From positions 13,764,001 through 13,828,000 of the forward strand of contig CM059432.1 of NCBI GenBank assembly GCA_030390025.1: a stretch of 64,000 nucleotides of DNA. Direction: 5' to 3'. The position numbers and the translations under genes were made by a program. This document shows, piece after piece, positions 13,541 through 25,104 of the stretch. The notes below the pieces were generated by a model, which did not search any database, was not told the origin of the DNA, and saw only the letters and a program-made list of their open reading frames with translations. Each line of letters starts with the position of its first letter. Within the stretch, counting starts at the first letter, position 1. The DNA is from Squalus acanthias (Eukaryota).

Positions 13541-14404
13541 TCTTCTCAGCTGATTACTTAAAACTGGAGGTAATCATCATGTCTTCCACCAAATTTATTT
13601 TTCATCTTAAAAATTGCTAGCAGTGTGAATTTTGTCATAAAAGATGAAAGTGTAAAAAAATGTAAGAAATGCAGGCACATTGGACTCAGACATTTAAGGT
13701 CAATGCAGAAACCGCTCTCATTTTAATAGCGCTCAAGAATTTATGATTGTGGTTGGGTCATTAAGGGAGGCAGCGACTGCAAGAAAGGCACATCTCCCAG
13801 GATATTAAAAACGCAAATTGGAAAGAAAGGAGACAGCGCTCAAGTTGTTCACAGAAAAACAGATTTAAAAAGTCTCCAGCTCACCCACTCAGCCAAGTGG
13901 GATGGAGAACAGGGGCGGGGTTATAAATTAGATTGAGGGGAAATTAAAAAAATATTTACTTCACATCCATGTTTTCAGTTTCATACTAGTTGATACACTG
14001 AAATTAATGGGAATAAGCATAAATTGAGATCAAGATTCTCTGGAATGTGCTATACTTGCATTCTATATACAGTAGTCACAGCAAATGCCAAATATATCTG
14101 ATCAAAAGGACCCATTAAGCATTCAACAACAGTTTGTCTTAACTAAAACTCAAAGTTGGACAACGTACCAATTATTTTTCTCAATTTCCCCTACAATTCT
14201 ATTTATTATTTTCAAGAGTATTACTTGAAATAGTTCCCATTTTTCCCACAAAAGATTAAAATTAAGCTAACATTTTATTATCAACCCAGGTGATTGAAAA
14301 GATCATGTTGAATAATTACCATTTTATTTAAAAAAATTTTAATTTACCTTAAGCAAGGTTTCCTTGGAGAATATTCAGCAAAACCAATACCTAGTCTGTA
14401 GTAA

Positions 14405-14712
14405 AGAAAGCAGGAACACTCTGTATTTGTATATCACCTTTCACTACCTCAGGACAGCCCAAAGTGCTTTCCAGCCAATGAAGTACTTTTGAAGTGTAGT
14501 CACTGTTGTAATGTAGGAAACATGGCAGCCAATTTGCAGACAGCAAGCTCCCACAAACAGCAAGGTGATAATGACCAGATAATTGTTTTTGTGAAGGAAT
14601 AAATATTGGCCAGGGATAACTCCCCAGCTCTTCTTCGAATCGTGCCATGGCATCTTTTATGTCCACCTGAGAGGGCAGAGGGGGGCCTCGGTTAACGTCT
14701 CATCCAAAAGGT
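14405..14712 (-). mobile_element. Deu-domain SINE, 5'-truncated
   Basis: GGATGAGACGTTAACCGAGG...AAAAGATGCCATGGCAC...GAAGAAGAGC body and tail shared with 42620-43066. Confidence 0.85.
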
Positions 14713-14789
14713 ACCGAACTATATAGTCCAGGAAGGTCCCAGATTTGATTTCTAGCATTTAGTTCGCCAAGTTAAGCCCCTCCCTTCGT

Positions 14790-14995
14790 CCCACCAGCCG
14801 CTTTGGCCCCACACTTTGGAATTCCTTGTCTGTCCCTCCGCCTCTCCACCTCCCTTAAGACCCATCTCTTTGACCAAGTTTTTGGTTACCCCATCTCCTT
14901 TAGCTTCGTGCCCATTTATTTCTCATTACACATCTGAAGTGCTTTGGGACATTTTTCTACATTAAAGGCACTACTATAAATGCAAGCTGTTGCTG
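14790..14995 (+). mobile_element. L2 3' tail fragment
   Basis: CTCTTTGACCAAGTTTTTGGTTACC...GTGCTTTGGGACATTTTTCTACATTAAAGGCACTACTATAAATGCAAG, the reverse complement of the L2 tails elsewhere. Confidence 0.75.
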
Positions 14996-16227
14996 TTGAT
15001 TAATGGAATGAAGAAAAACTTTCCAGTGTAGAGAGATAACATGGCCAAACTGCAGTCCATTCCATTTCCATCTAACTCATTATTTTCTTTTTGCAATTGG
15101 GTTTGACCATTTGAATTTCTTGGGCTTGGGGCTCGGAAGAGACTGTTCTCATTGGTAGACAAATCCTAAATTTACTAATTTGGAAGCAGCACTGAGAACA
15201 CACCAATCCAAGCTAACAGGCCTGCTAAATTCAAACAGATGAACCTAGTGGCATAAAACCCCCACAAACAGAGCAGCAAATTTAAAGCATCTCATCAAAT
15301 TCAAACAAGGTTAAAGATGCAATTTACAATTTAAATTATATTTACAGCCTCTAGTACTCTGTTGTTCTACTGCTATGTTGTTGATGCTGCAAGAACCAAG
15401 ATGCGCATCTTACAAACTTAAGATAACAAGTTGTATATTTTCACTCAATGTGATATGAGGAAATACCAACATTAATAAAAATGGAGACCATTTTCACATT
15501 CACTGTTGCTTTTTGTGAAGCAAGGATCAGTCCTGCTGAGAATACCTGCCATTTAGTTGCTTGTTCAATATTTGGTGGGCTTCTAGAAGACCCATCACAG
15601 GAATGGCTAACCTTATGGAGCTAGAGTCTGGATACACGTCAAAACCATTGAATGGGCCACAGACGATTATACAAAAATGCAAGACTCCCATTTGAAAAAA
15701 AGAGCGAGACCCACCATTGAGAAAAACTGAGGTCCCCCATACACAAAGATTCCAAGAACCTTTATACACAAAAAAATCCACATCTCCATATACAAAGAAT
15801 TCAAGTTCTTCCTTGTAAACTTCAGCTCTTCAAAGTTCCTGGGTCTTTTTTGACCAATCAGGTTGCAGCCTTTTCCAGACTTTCAGATACATCATATTTT
15901 AACAGGTGAAGTCAAAATCAGGTTTGCGCACAAACTTGAAGAAACGAACCTGCAAGAGTTTCGCAGGCCAGATCAAAACAAACTTGTGGGCTGCACTTGG
16001 CCCATAAGCTGTGCCTTCAATATTCTTGTCCTACTGTATCCACCAATGTCCTATTTAGACCTAGAAGGCAAATGGTATGTTGGCCTTCGTAGCGAGAGGG
16101 TTTGAGTACAGGAACAAGGATGTCTTGCTGCAGTTGTCATGATGCGGAGATGCCGGTGTTGGACTGGGGTGGACAAAATTGAGAGGTCGCACAACACCAG
16201 GTTATAGTCCAACAGTTTTATTTGAAA

Positions 16228-16265
16228 TCACAAGCTTTCGGAGCTATCGCTCCTTCCTCAGGTGA
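16228..16265 (-). ncRNA. Minimal type I hammerhead ribozyme (identical copy in the opposite arm)
   Basis: Exact reverse complement of 16833-16870. Confidence 0.8.
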
Positions 16266-16832
16266 AGTAAATTGGATACAGAATCGCCAGAGCATATATA
16301 GATGGAAAAAAAACATGTGTACTTTACAATTGCAGACCAATAAATTAAATCATCCTGACTATCTGCCGAGGTGTGATAAAGTTAATTAAGTCAGCCAGGA
16401 AGGTACCACATCAAAAGACATAGCAAGATACAACTGAGACAATGAGGTGTAGTCGCAGGGGTTCCAACGTGTCAAAAGCATCACGATACATGACGTGATC
16501 CGGACTCGAGTCGTCGTTAGCTTGTTCACAGATGTGATTCCCAGTAAAAAAGTAAAAATTTTCCCAGTAAAAAAGTAAATTTTTTTTTAAAGCTTTTCGT
16601 TTTACATACAGACGGCAGCTTTTGACACGTTGGAACCCCTGCGACTACACCTCATTGTCTCAGTTGTATCTTGCTATGTCTTTTGATGTGGTACCTTCCT
16701 GGCTGACTTAATTAACTTTATCACACCTCGGCAGATAGTCAGGATGATTTAATTTATTGGTCTGCAATTGTAAAGTACACATGCTTTTTTTTCCATCTAT
16801 ATATGCTCTGGCGATTCTGTATCCAATTTACT

Positions 16833-16870
16833 TCACCTGAGGAAGGAGCGATAGCTCCGAAAGCTTGTGA
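16833..16870 (+). ncRNA. Minimal type I hammerhead ribozyme (PLE-type)
   Basis: Stem I UCAC, core CUGAGGA, A, stem II GGAGC-GAUA-GCUCC, GAAA, palindromic AGCU stem III, predicted cleavage after CUU, then GUGA closing stem I. Confidence 0.8.
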
Positions 16871-17609
16871 TTTCAAATAAAACTGTTGGACTATAACCTG
16901 GTGTTGTGCGACCTCTCAATTTTGCTGCAGTTGTACAGGGCCTTGGTGAGACCACATCTTGAGTATTGTGTGCAGTTTTGGTCGTCTTATCTGAGGAAGG
17001 AGGTTCTTGCCATGGAGGGAGTGCAGCGAAGATTCACCAGGCTGATACCTGGGATGGCAGGAATGACATATGAGGAGAGATTGGGTCGATTAGGCTTATA
17101 CTCGCTGGAGTTTAGAAGAATGAGAGGGGATCTCATTGAAACTTATAAAATTCTGACAGGACTGGACAGACTAGATGCAGGAAGGATGTTCCCGATGGTC
17201 AGGGGAGTCCAGAACCAGGGGTCACAGTCTAAGGATAAGGGGTAAGCCATTTAGGACAGAAATGAGGAGGAATTTCTTCACCCAGAGAGTGGTGAACCTG
17301 TGGAATTCTCTACCACAGAAGGCAGTAGAGGCCAATTCATTAAATATATTCAAGAAGGAGTTGGATATATTTCTTAAGGCTAAAGGGATCAAGGGATATG
17401 GGGAGAAAGCAGGGACAGGGTTCTGAATTTGGATGATCAGCCACGATCGCATTGAATGGCGGAGCAGGCTAGAGGGGCCGAATGGCCTACCTATGTTTCT
17501 ACATAGGTTTTGGGCATTCATGCTTCCCTGTTTTTTGAGCTACTTAAGAACAGTCATGTTCTCCCTCTTTATCATCCCTAATCTGTACTGGAATCAGACT
17601 GCTCCCAAT

Positions 17610-18332
17610 TTATTTTTATATTTGTTCACTGGAGGTGGGCAACACTTGCAAGCCACATTGCCCATCCCTAGTTGTCCTGACAATAGTGAATCACCACATA
17701 CAATGTGGTGATGGTGCTTTTACAATAGTGTTGGGTAGGGAATTCCAGGATTATGACCCAGCAAGGACGACAAGAACAGTAGTACAAGTCAGGATGGTGT
17801 GCGACTTGGAGGGGGTGGTGTTCCAATTATGTGACTGATCTTGCCCTTCGTGGTGGTAAAGGTTGCCGGGAGGGAGGTGCGGTTGAATTAAGTTTAATGA
17901 TTTGCTGCAGTGCATCCTGTAGATAGTATACAGTGCAGCAACAGTACACCGATGGTGACAGGGTGGATACTGAGCCCAGTGGCAGAGACACTGATCAAGT
18001 GAACAACTCGGTCCTGGATGGTGGCAAGCTTCTTGTTGCAGCTACCCCCACACAAGTGCGTGCTGAGTATTCCATCACACTCCCAACTTCAACCTTGTGG
18101 AGAGGCTTTGAAGGATCTGAAGGTGAGTCAATTATTGCAGAGTACCCAGCTTCTACCCTGCTTATGTAGCCATGGTATTGATATGGTGGTCCAGTTGAGC
18201 TTCTCAAGATGTTGATGTTGGGGGACTCTGCAATCATGACAGCATTAAAAGGCAAGAGGGAATTGATTAGGCTTCCCCTTGTTGAAGATGGTCGTGACCT
18301 GACATTTATGTTGTGTGAATATTACATGCCAC
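17610..18332 (-). mobile_element. Second CR1-group LINE family, decayed 3' fragment
   Basis: Poly-T tail at ~17612 followed by a body antisense-homologous to 47590-48340 (ESPNINIL, SVMEYS). Confidence 0.75.
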
Positions 18333-18334
18333 AT

Positions 18335-18625
18335 AGTTAGTTAATCTCAGTCAGGGTGATAATAGGAGCCACTACATTTGGCATCCCCATGATAGGGAAG
18401 GCTTGGGACCATCCTCCTGATCACTCTCCACAAAGCTTGGTGGAAGTGGGTGCATTGCAAAGCAGGTGAGAACAGGATCAGGCTTGGCTGTGATGTCCAT
18501 GCAGTTGAATAGTTTGCAGGCACTTTCGTTGAAACTTACACATAAAAATGGTCAACTGGAGGCAGTACATTGGCTCTTGGCTGGGATATAGTTCCACTGA
18601 CAACGTGTTCATCGATGAGAAAAAT
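18335..18625 (+). repeat. Old unclassified SINE-like repeat (copy 2 of 4)
   Basis: AGTTAGTTAATCTCAGTCAGGGTG...CAGGTGAGAACAGGATCAGGCTTGGCTGTGATG...GAATAG, shared with the other copies. Confidence 0.55.
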
Positions 18626-18799
18626 ACAAAAAACTGGATTACAGATATTGCTTTAAGGCAAGCCCTTTAACTTGGCTTTGGCTTGTAGCACCTCCCCATG
18701 GAAATCAGGGTAATGTCTCCAAAAACATTAAAGAATTACCTGACATCTGTTGCAACATGTTAACAGTGGGAGAACGAGAACTTGGGACACAGTCGGACA

Positions 18800-20110
18800 C
18801 ATAGAAACATAGAAAATAGGTACAGGAGTAGACCATTCGGTCCTTCGAGCCTGCACCGCCATTCAATGCGTTCATGGCTGAACATGCTACCTCAGTACCC
18901 CATTCCTGCTTTCTCGCCATACCCCTTGATCCCCCTAGTTGTGAGTGTTATATCTAACTCCCTTTTGAATATATTTAGCGAACTGGCCTCAACAACCTTC
19001 TGTGGAAGAGAATTCCATAGATTCACCACTCTCTGGGTGAAGAAGTTCCTCCTCAGCTCAGTCCTAAATGGCTTCCCCTTAATCCTTAGACTGTGACCCC
19101 TGGTTCTAGTTTTCCCTACCATTGGGAACATTCTGCCCGCATCTAATTTGTCTAAACCAGTCAGGATTTTAAATGTCTCTATAAGATCCCCCCTCATTCT
19201 TCTGAACTCCAGAGGATACAAGTTCAGTTGACCCAATCTTTCTTGATAGGTCAGTCCGGCCATCCCAGGAATCAATCTAGTGAACCTTCGCTGCACTCCC
19301 TCAATAGCAAGAATGTCCTTCCTTAAGTTAGGAGACCAAAACTGCGCACAATACTCCAGGTGTGGCCTCACCAAGGCCCTGTACAACTGCAGCATCACCT
19401 CCCTACTCCTGTACTCAAATCCCCTTACTATGAAGGCCATCATTCAGTTTGCTTTCTTGACCGCCTGCTGCACTTGCATTCCCACCTTCAATGACTGATG
19501 TACCATGATGCCCAGGTCTCGTTGCACCTCCCCTTTCCCTAATCTGCCACCATTCAGGTAATAGTCCGCCTCTCTATTTTTACCACCAAAGTGGATAACC
19601 TCACATTTATCCACATTGTACTTCATCTGCCATATATTTGCCCATTCACCCAACCTGTCCAAGTCACTCTGTAGCCTCCTAGCATCCTCCTCATTGTTCA
19701 CACTGCCTCCCAATTTAGTGTCATCCGCAAATTTGGAGATATTACATTTAATCCCTTCGTCCAAATCATTAATATATAATGTAAACAGCTGGGGTCCCAG
19801 CACCGAACCCTGCGGTACCCCGCTGGTCACTGCCTGCCATTCTGAAAAGTACCCATTTACTCCTACTCTTTGTTTCCTGTGTGCCAACCAGTTCTCAATC
19901 CACGTCAACACATTACCCCCAATCCCATGTGCTTTAACTTTGCTCACCAATCTCTTGTGTGGAACCTTGTCGAAGGCCTTCTGAAAGTCCAAATACACCA
20001 CATCTACTGGTTCTCCCCTGTCCACCCTATTGGAAACATCCTCAAAAAATTCCAGAAGATTTGTCAAGCATGATTTCCCTTTCACAAATCCATGCTGACT
20101 TGGACCTATC
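18800..20110 (-). mobile_element. CR1 LINE, young 5'-truncated copy with near-intact RT
   Basis: 232-aa and 183-aa ORFs separated by one frameshift: [53 protein letters not shown]; (TTTCTATG)n tail. Confidence 0.95.
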
Positions 20111-20810
20111 ACACCTACCAAATGTTTTGGGTTTAGAAGCACAGATGCTTGATGGGTGTGGAGTCACTATACAATCTACAGAACTGACTTGTAGTAAGCA
20201 GGTCTATTCTTTTAAGTATTTTAGTGGTTTGAGGGGGGGGGGGGGCTGGTGGGGAAGAAGGGTCGATGATCTTGTACTACAATGAGATCATATAAAAACC
20301 ACAGAAAATTAGCTGTTGCTTTGAAAATTTAGCTGGTCTTGATGTCCCTATCAGTTTTATGTTTTGTCAAGCATAATTCTGTCATAATTCCTTTTCTCCT
20401 TGAATTTATTCTGTCCAATACATCCTTGTCATCTAATGGAAAATTCACGGTCAAAGATTGCATATTATTGGGTATGTTTGGCTCAATGCAACTTTAAAAA
20501 CTGCAACCCAGTTAATTTCCATGCTTTGTGTACTGTATAGCACATCTGTGAGACATTAACTTGGAATAAATCTGATGCGGTAATCTTTGAAGTCTACAGT
20601 CTGTACAAATAGGGAATAGGCAGAGGACTTTTTCAGTGAAAGAGGTTGTTTCTTGGGCTGTGGAAAGACGTGACTGTTGCTACATAAATGTTTTCCATCT
20701 TTTTTTGTTTAAGTAGAACAAATGTTGCTAAATCAGACAGAAATGTTATCCAAAGTACAAGAGAGAAAGCACATACTGACAAAATGCTCAAAGTTCAAAA
20801 CAGTACTCAC

Positions 20811-20819
20811 AAAACCTTT
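20811..20819 (-). other. Candidate 9-nt microexon (AAAGGTTTT)
   Basis: Minus strand: ...ccacctatgcttgttgcag|AAAGGTTTT|gtgagtac; 95-nt AG-free zone upstream (20822-20916); TGC at -12; frame-preserving; lies in ~1 kb of TE-free DNA. Confidence 0.55.
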
Positions 20820-21299
20820 CTGCAACAAGCATAGGTGGTTTTAGAATGTAGATTATGGCACAAATAGGTTTTAACAACGAGTATTTGTGCAAAAATGGGT
20901 TTTTGGTATTTTATTGCTCATATACATTTTTCACTCATTCAATGCTGGCAGAACACTATTTCAGACACAGAGGAGCTGTATGGTTTAACATTAGCTTAAT
21001 TAAGGCTTGTAAACTGAAGGCATTGATGGAATGCTTGCCCTTAGAACTTTCCAGCAGCAGGGTCCATTTTATCAGCAAAGTTACAAACCATGCATGGATA
21101 TTTTAAAACATAGTTCTCAGTTAGTGTGGCACTACATTCAAGAATTGGCAGAATAGCCTACTTGTTCGAAAACCTGATTACATGATCACAGGTCTGAGGA
21201 GGGAGGAGGAGGAGAGAGGGAGAGAGAAAACAGAGAAAATGAGGGAACAACTAGATATACCAACAGATATTCCACAACGTTGATAAGAGTAAGCTCCAA

Positions 21300-22630
21300 G
21301 ATAGAATAAAGGAATCTTACAGCACAGGAGGAGGCCATTCAGCCCATCATGCCTGTGCTGGCTCTTTGAAAGAGCTGTCCAATTTAGTCCCACACCCTAG
21401 TCTTTTCCCCATAACCCTGCAAATTAGTCTTCAAAGTACATGTCCAACTGCCCTTTGAAAGTTCCTCTTTCAGGCAGTGCGTTCCAGATCTTAGCAACCC
21501 TGTGCGAAGAAATTTCTCCTCATTTTCCCTCTAGTTCTTTTGCCAATTATTTTAAATCTACGACCTTTGGTTACAGACCCACTTGCCAGAGGAAAGTTTC
21601 ACCCTACTTGCTCTATCAAAACTCCTCAATGTTCAATACCTCTATTAGGTCTCCCCTTAACCTTCTCTACTTTAAGCAGAACAATCCCAGCTTCTCCAAC
21701 CTCTCCACATAATTGAAGTCCCTCATCCCTGGTATCATCCTAGTAAACCTCCTCTGTACCCTCTCCAAGGCCTTGACATCCTTCGTAAAGTGTGGTGCCC
21801 AGAATTGAACACAATACTCCAGCTGAGGCCAAGAGATTTGTAAAGTTTTAGCATGACTTCCTTGATTTTGCATTTACAAAGCCAAGCATCCCATACACCT
21901 TAACTGCCTTATCAACTTGCCTTGCCACCTTCAAAGATTTGTGAATATGCACCCCCAGGTCCCTCTGTTCTTGCACTCCCTCAAAATAGTACCATTCAGA
22001 TTATACTGCTTCTCCATGATGTTTCTCCCAAAGTGCATCACTTCACACTTACCCACATTAAATTGCATCTGCCATATGTTCACCAGTGTCCATATGTCCT
22101 CCTGAAGTCTGCTACTATCCTGCTCTCTACTTACTACGTTGACAAGTTTTGTATCATCCGCAAACTTCTAAATTGTACTCCCTACACCCAAGTTCAGGTC
22201 ATTTATATACAAGAAAAGAAATGGTCCCAATGCTGACCCTTGGGAGACCCCACTGCATACTTCTCTCCAGTCATAAAAACATCCATTCACCACTACTCTC
22301 TGCCTCCTATCCCTTAGCCAAATTACGTACCCAAGTTACCACCGTCCCTTTAATACCATGTGCTTCTATTTTCCGAATAAGTCTGTTATGTGGTACTTTA
22401 TCAAATGTCTTTTGATAAACTCTGAGTTCTTTGATGAAGTAACAGAATCAGGTTAGTCAGACATAATTTGCCTTAACAAATCCGTGCTGGCTGTCCCTTA
22501 TTAACCCATGCTTCCCCAAGTGAGAATTCATTTTGTCCTGGACAATGGTCTCTACTTGTTTTCACTCCACTGACGTAAAGGCTGATTGGCCTGTAGTTAC
22601 CAGGTTTATTCCTCTCCCCTTTTTTAAACA
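21300..22630 (-). mobile_element. CR1 LINE 3' fragment (decayed RT)
   Basis: [34 protein letters not shown]; GSALGPFLF and KFADDTKL remnants. Confidence 0.9.
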
Positions 22631-22774
22631 ACTGTTGTTATTTTGTAAGGAATTTTGCAAATTGGAAAGTGATGCAAGTTTTAGAACTATCTAGTATTAA
22701 ATGGCTGGCTATCTCATAAAAAATGTGCGATTGCGAAAATCAATCAAGTTTACAGACATTCTGACCCAATAAGG

Positions 22775-22868
22775 CAGTTCTGAGAAGGGTTCGACTCGAA
22801 ACGTTGACTCGGTTTCTCTCTCCTCGATGCTGCCTGACCTGCTGAGTGTTTCCAGCATTTGCTGCAGT
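22775..22868 (+). mobile_element. Penelope-like pLTR fragment (second family) with degenerate hammerhead
   Basis: CTGA-GAAGGGTTCGACTCGAAACGTTGAC...GATGCTGCCTGACCTGCTGAGTGTTTCCAGCATTT; homologous to the copies at 50805 and 61879. Confidence 0.75.
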
Positions 22869-23214
22869 TATTTAAGGTATTACTATTGTTTGGGAAGTTT
22901 CTCTCTATGTTAAAACTGATTGGCTTGCTTTCTGTTTTAAAAAACAATCTTTTGTTTTCCACCCAAAGATTGACACAGAAATTTGCAAAAAGACAGTGTG
23001 GCAGACAAACCGTATGCTGGATGTACAGGGATGTTTCTGAATTTACTCACTGTATTCTAGAAAAAGACCCACTGGCCAAAGAAGAAATATTTTCATGATT
23101 TTCAAGTTTAATTAGTTGGTGGTAACAGACATACCACTATAACCTAAACCCCTCTACCAGCATATCCTCTCCTAATGGCTGTTGGGAAGTGCACTGGCTA
23201 TTGTAGAACCATTC

Positions 23215-23490
23215 AGCATTTGAGTTAATCAAACTTAGCCAGAGTGGCATTTCAGGTGCTGTAATTGTCTTTGGCAACCCTGGGCTTGGGAGGAAGTGAA
23301 AAGACTAGGAAGGAGCCAACTTGGGTACCTGCTCCTGTTTGCTACCCAGTAGCTCTTCCTGAAAAGTATGGTATGGACACCGGGAGAGGACAGGATCATC
23401 AGGCTATTGAACTGAGAGCCTCAGCTATACTGACCCTCAACACACAATGTCTAGGTTCAGCCACTTAGGAAGGGTACTGGAGGATGGCAA
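23215..23490 (+). repeat. Old unclassified SINE-like repeat (copy 3 of 4)
   Basis: TGAGTTAATCAAACTTAGCCAGAGTGG...CCTGCTCCTG...GAGGACAGGATC...TGTCTAGG, shared motifs. Confidence 0.5.
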
Positions 23491-23504
23491 AGTCACTGCC
23501 TTTA

Positions 23505-24260
23505 AACAAGAGAAAGCCTAATCATTCCCCCTTGACCTTCAATTACACCATTAGCACCAAGTTTCCCACCATCAACATCTTGGGAATCACTATTGACCAG
23601 CAGCTTAACACCATGGCTGCAAGAGCAGGGCAGAGACAGGGTATTCTGCTAAGAGTGACTCACCTACTGACCTCTCAAAGACTATCCACCAACTGCAAGG
23701 CTCAAGGAGTGTGATGGAATACAAAACCACTCACCTGGATAGGTGCCGTTGCAACCAGGAGCTCAGTGCTTTGCTTGATCAGTGCCCCTGCCCTCCTCTC
23801 CACTAATGGTGCACTGTGGCTGCTGTATCTACATCAACAGGATTCATTGCATCAACTCCCTAAAGTTACTTCAACAGCACCTCCCTCTCCCAAGACCTCT
23901 ACCATCAAATGTGAGAAGTCGCACATTTGTCCACCCCAGTCCAACACCGGCATCTCCACATCATCTCTACCATCAAGAAAGACAAGAGCAGCAATGTCAT
24001 GGGAACATTACTGAACAGCAAAGCTCCCAAAGTTCTGGTGAAAAAAGTTACATACTATCTTGACTTGGACATATATTGCCATTTCTTCAGTGTCACTGGG
24101 CTAATATCCTAGAATTTCCTAACACCATTGTGGGAGCGCCATCACCACAAGGACTGCAGTGGTTCAAGGAGAAGACCAATCACCACCTTTTCAGGGCAAC
24201 TAGAGATGGGCAATAAATACAGCCTTGCTGGAAGCGGGTACATCCTAAGAACAAAACCAA
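23505..24260 (+). mobile_element. Second CR1-group LINE family, 3' fragment
   Basis: NHSPLTFN..FPTINILGITIDQ; 3' tail CACCACCTTTTCAGGGCAACTAGAGATGGGCAATAAAT. Confidence 0.8.
23909..23964 (+). mobile_element. 56-bp mini PLE insertion (collapsed hairpin + tail) with 12-bp TSD
   Basis: TSD CTCTACCATCAA at 23897-23908 and 23965-23976; tail TCCACCCCAGTCCAACACCGGCATCTCCACATCAT is the reverse complement of 16139-16173 with one mismatch; 8-bp IR CAAATGTG/CACATTTG. Confidence 0.85.
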
Positions 24261-24814
24261 AAAAGGGGGTGGTAGAAAGAAATATAATCACTTTATGTTA
24301 TAGTTCTCTGAATCTTCACATTTGGAGATCAATTTTTGAATGGACTGACTTGGATCCCTTTGCAGCAGCAACCTTGTCCTAAACTAAAAAAAATTATACA
24401 TTCATCAGACTGTCATTTGATACTATGTAGTACCAGAGACAAGTGTGTGTTCAGGTCAGAGCTGAATTGGAATCCAGCTTTAAGCTACATTTTTAAGATT
24501 TAAGAATTGGGTGGGGGGCAGTGGTGATGTGGTGTTGCAACAAGGCCATTTCCAAAAGCTTTGAAACTTTTACCATTGAATAGCAAAGCTCCCAAAGTTC
24601 TGGTGAAAAAAGTCAGCAGTGGCAGATCATGGTCAAGATGGATTTAAAAAAATACCAGGAAGCTTCAAAATAGGGGATGAGAAAAGTTGAAATGGACTGT
24701 CTTGATGTTTGGAAGCTGAGTTTTCAGCTCTGAAACCCAAGAGATTGGAAACTAACCAAAACCAAACACTTAAGCTGTAACATGATACTGATTACATACT
24801 GCACGTTAAGGCAT

Positions 24815-24920
24815 GAAAAGAAAGATATGCATTTCACCTTTCATGACCTCAGGACATCCCAAAGCACTTTACAGCCAATGAAGTACTTTTGAAGTGTAGT
24901 CGCTGTTGTAATGTAGGAAA
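24815..24920 (-). mobile_element. Deu-domain SINE 3' tail fragment
   Basis: ACAGCCAATGAAGTACTTTTGAAGTGTAGTCGCTGTTGTAATGTAGGAAA. Confidence 0.8.
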
Positions 24921-25104
24921 TTACAACAGAAAATTCTTATTTGGAAATTCATTTTAAATATATAAATACTGGCAACATTTTGCCTCAAGTCTGGAGTTTT
25001 AGTAACCTCTTTATGCTACTGTAACAGAAAATTTAAGCCAAATGCTTCAAACTGTACATTTCAAAAAACAAGCTGAAATTTTCTTGCTGCAATTGGCTAA
25101 AAAG

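Larger units (their letters stand above)
16138..16921. mobile_element. Non-autonomous Penelope-like element: inverted pLTR pair plus 36-nt tail, 13-bp TSD
   Basis: Arms 16174-16479 and 16618-16924 are reverse complements except for one indel; 138-bp spacer; TSD TTGCTGCAGTTGT at 16125-16137 and 16922-16934; each arm carries a hammerhead core and AATAAA. Confidence 0.9.
16065..17495 (+). mobile_element. CR1 LINE 3' fragment interrupted by a PLE palindrome
   Basis: The reading GMLAFVARGFEYRNKDVLLQL resumes after the insert as [21 protein letters not shown]...TRGHSLRI. Confidence 0.92.

Noticed and set aside
12889-20819. Joining the microexon to the 28-nt candidate gives KGFTYV, resembling an AGC-kinase hydrophobic motif
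   Set aside because: No kinase exons are seen and the downstream context does not fit; most likely coincidence.
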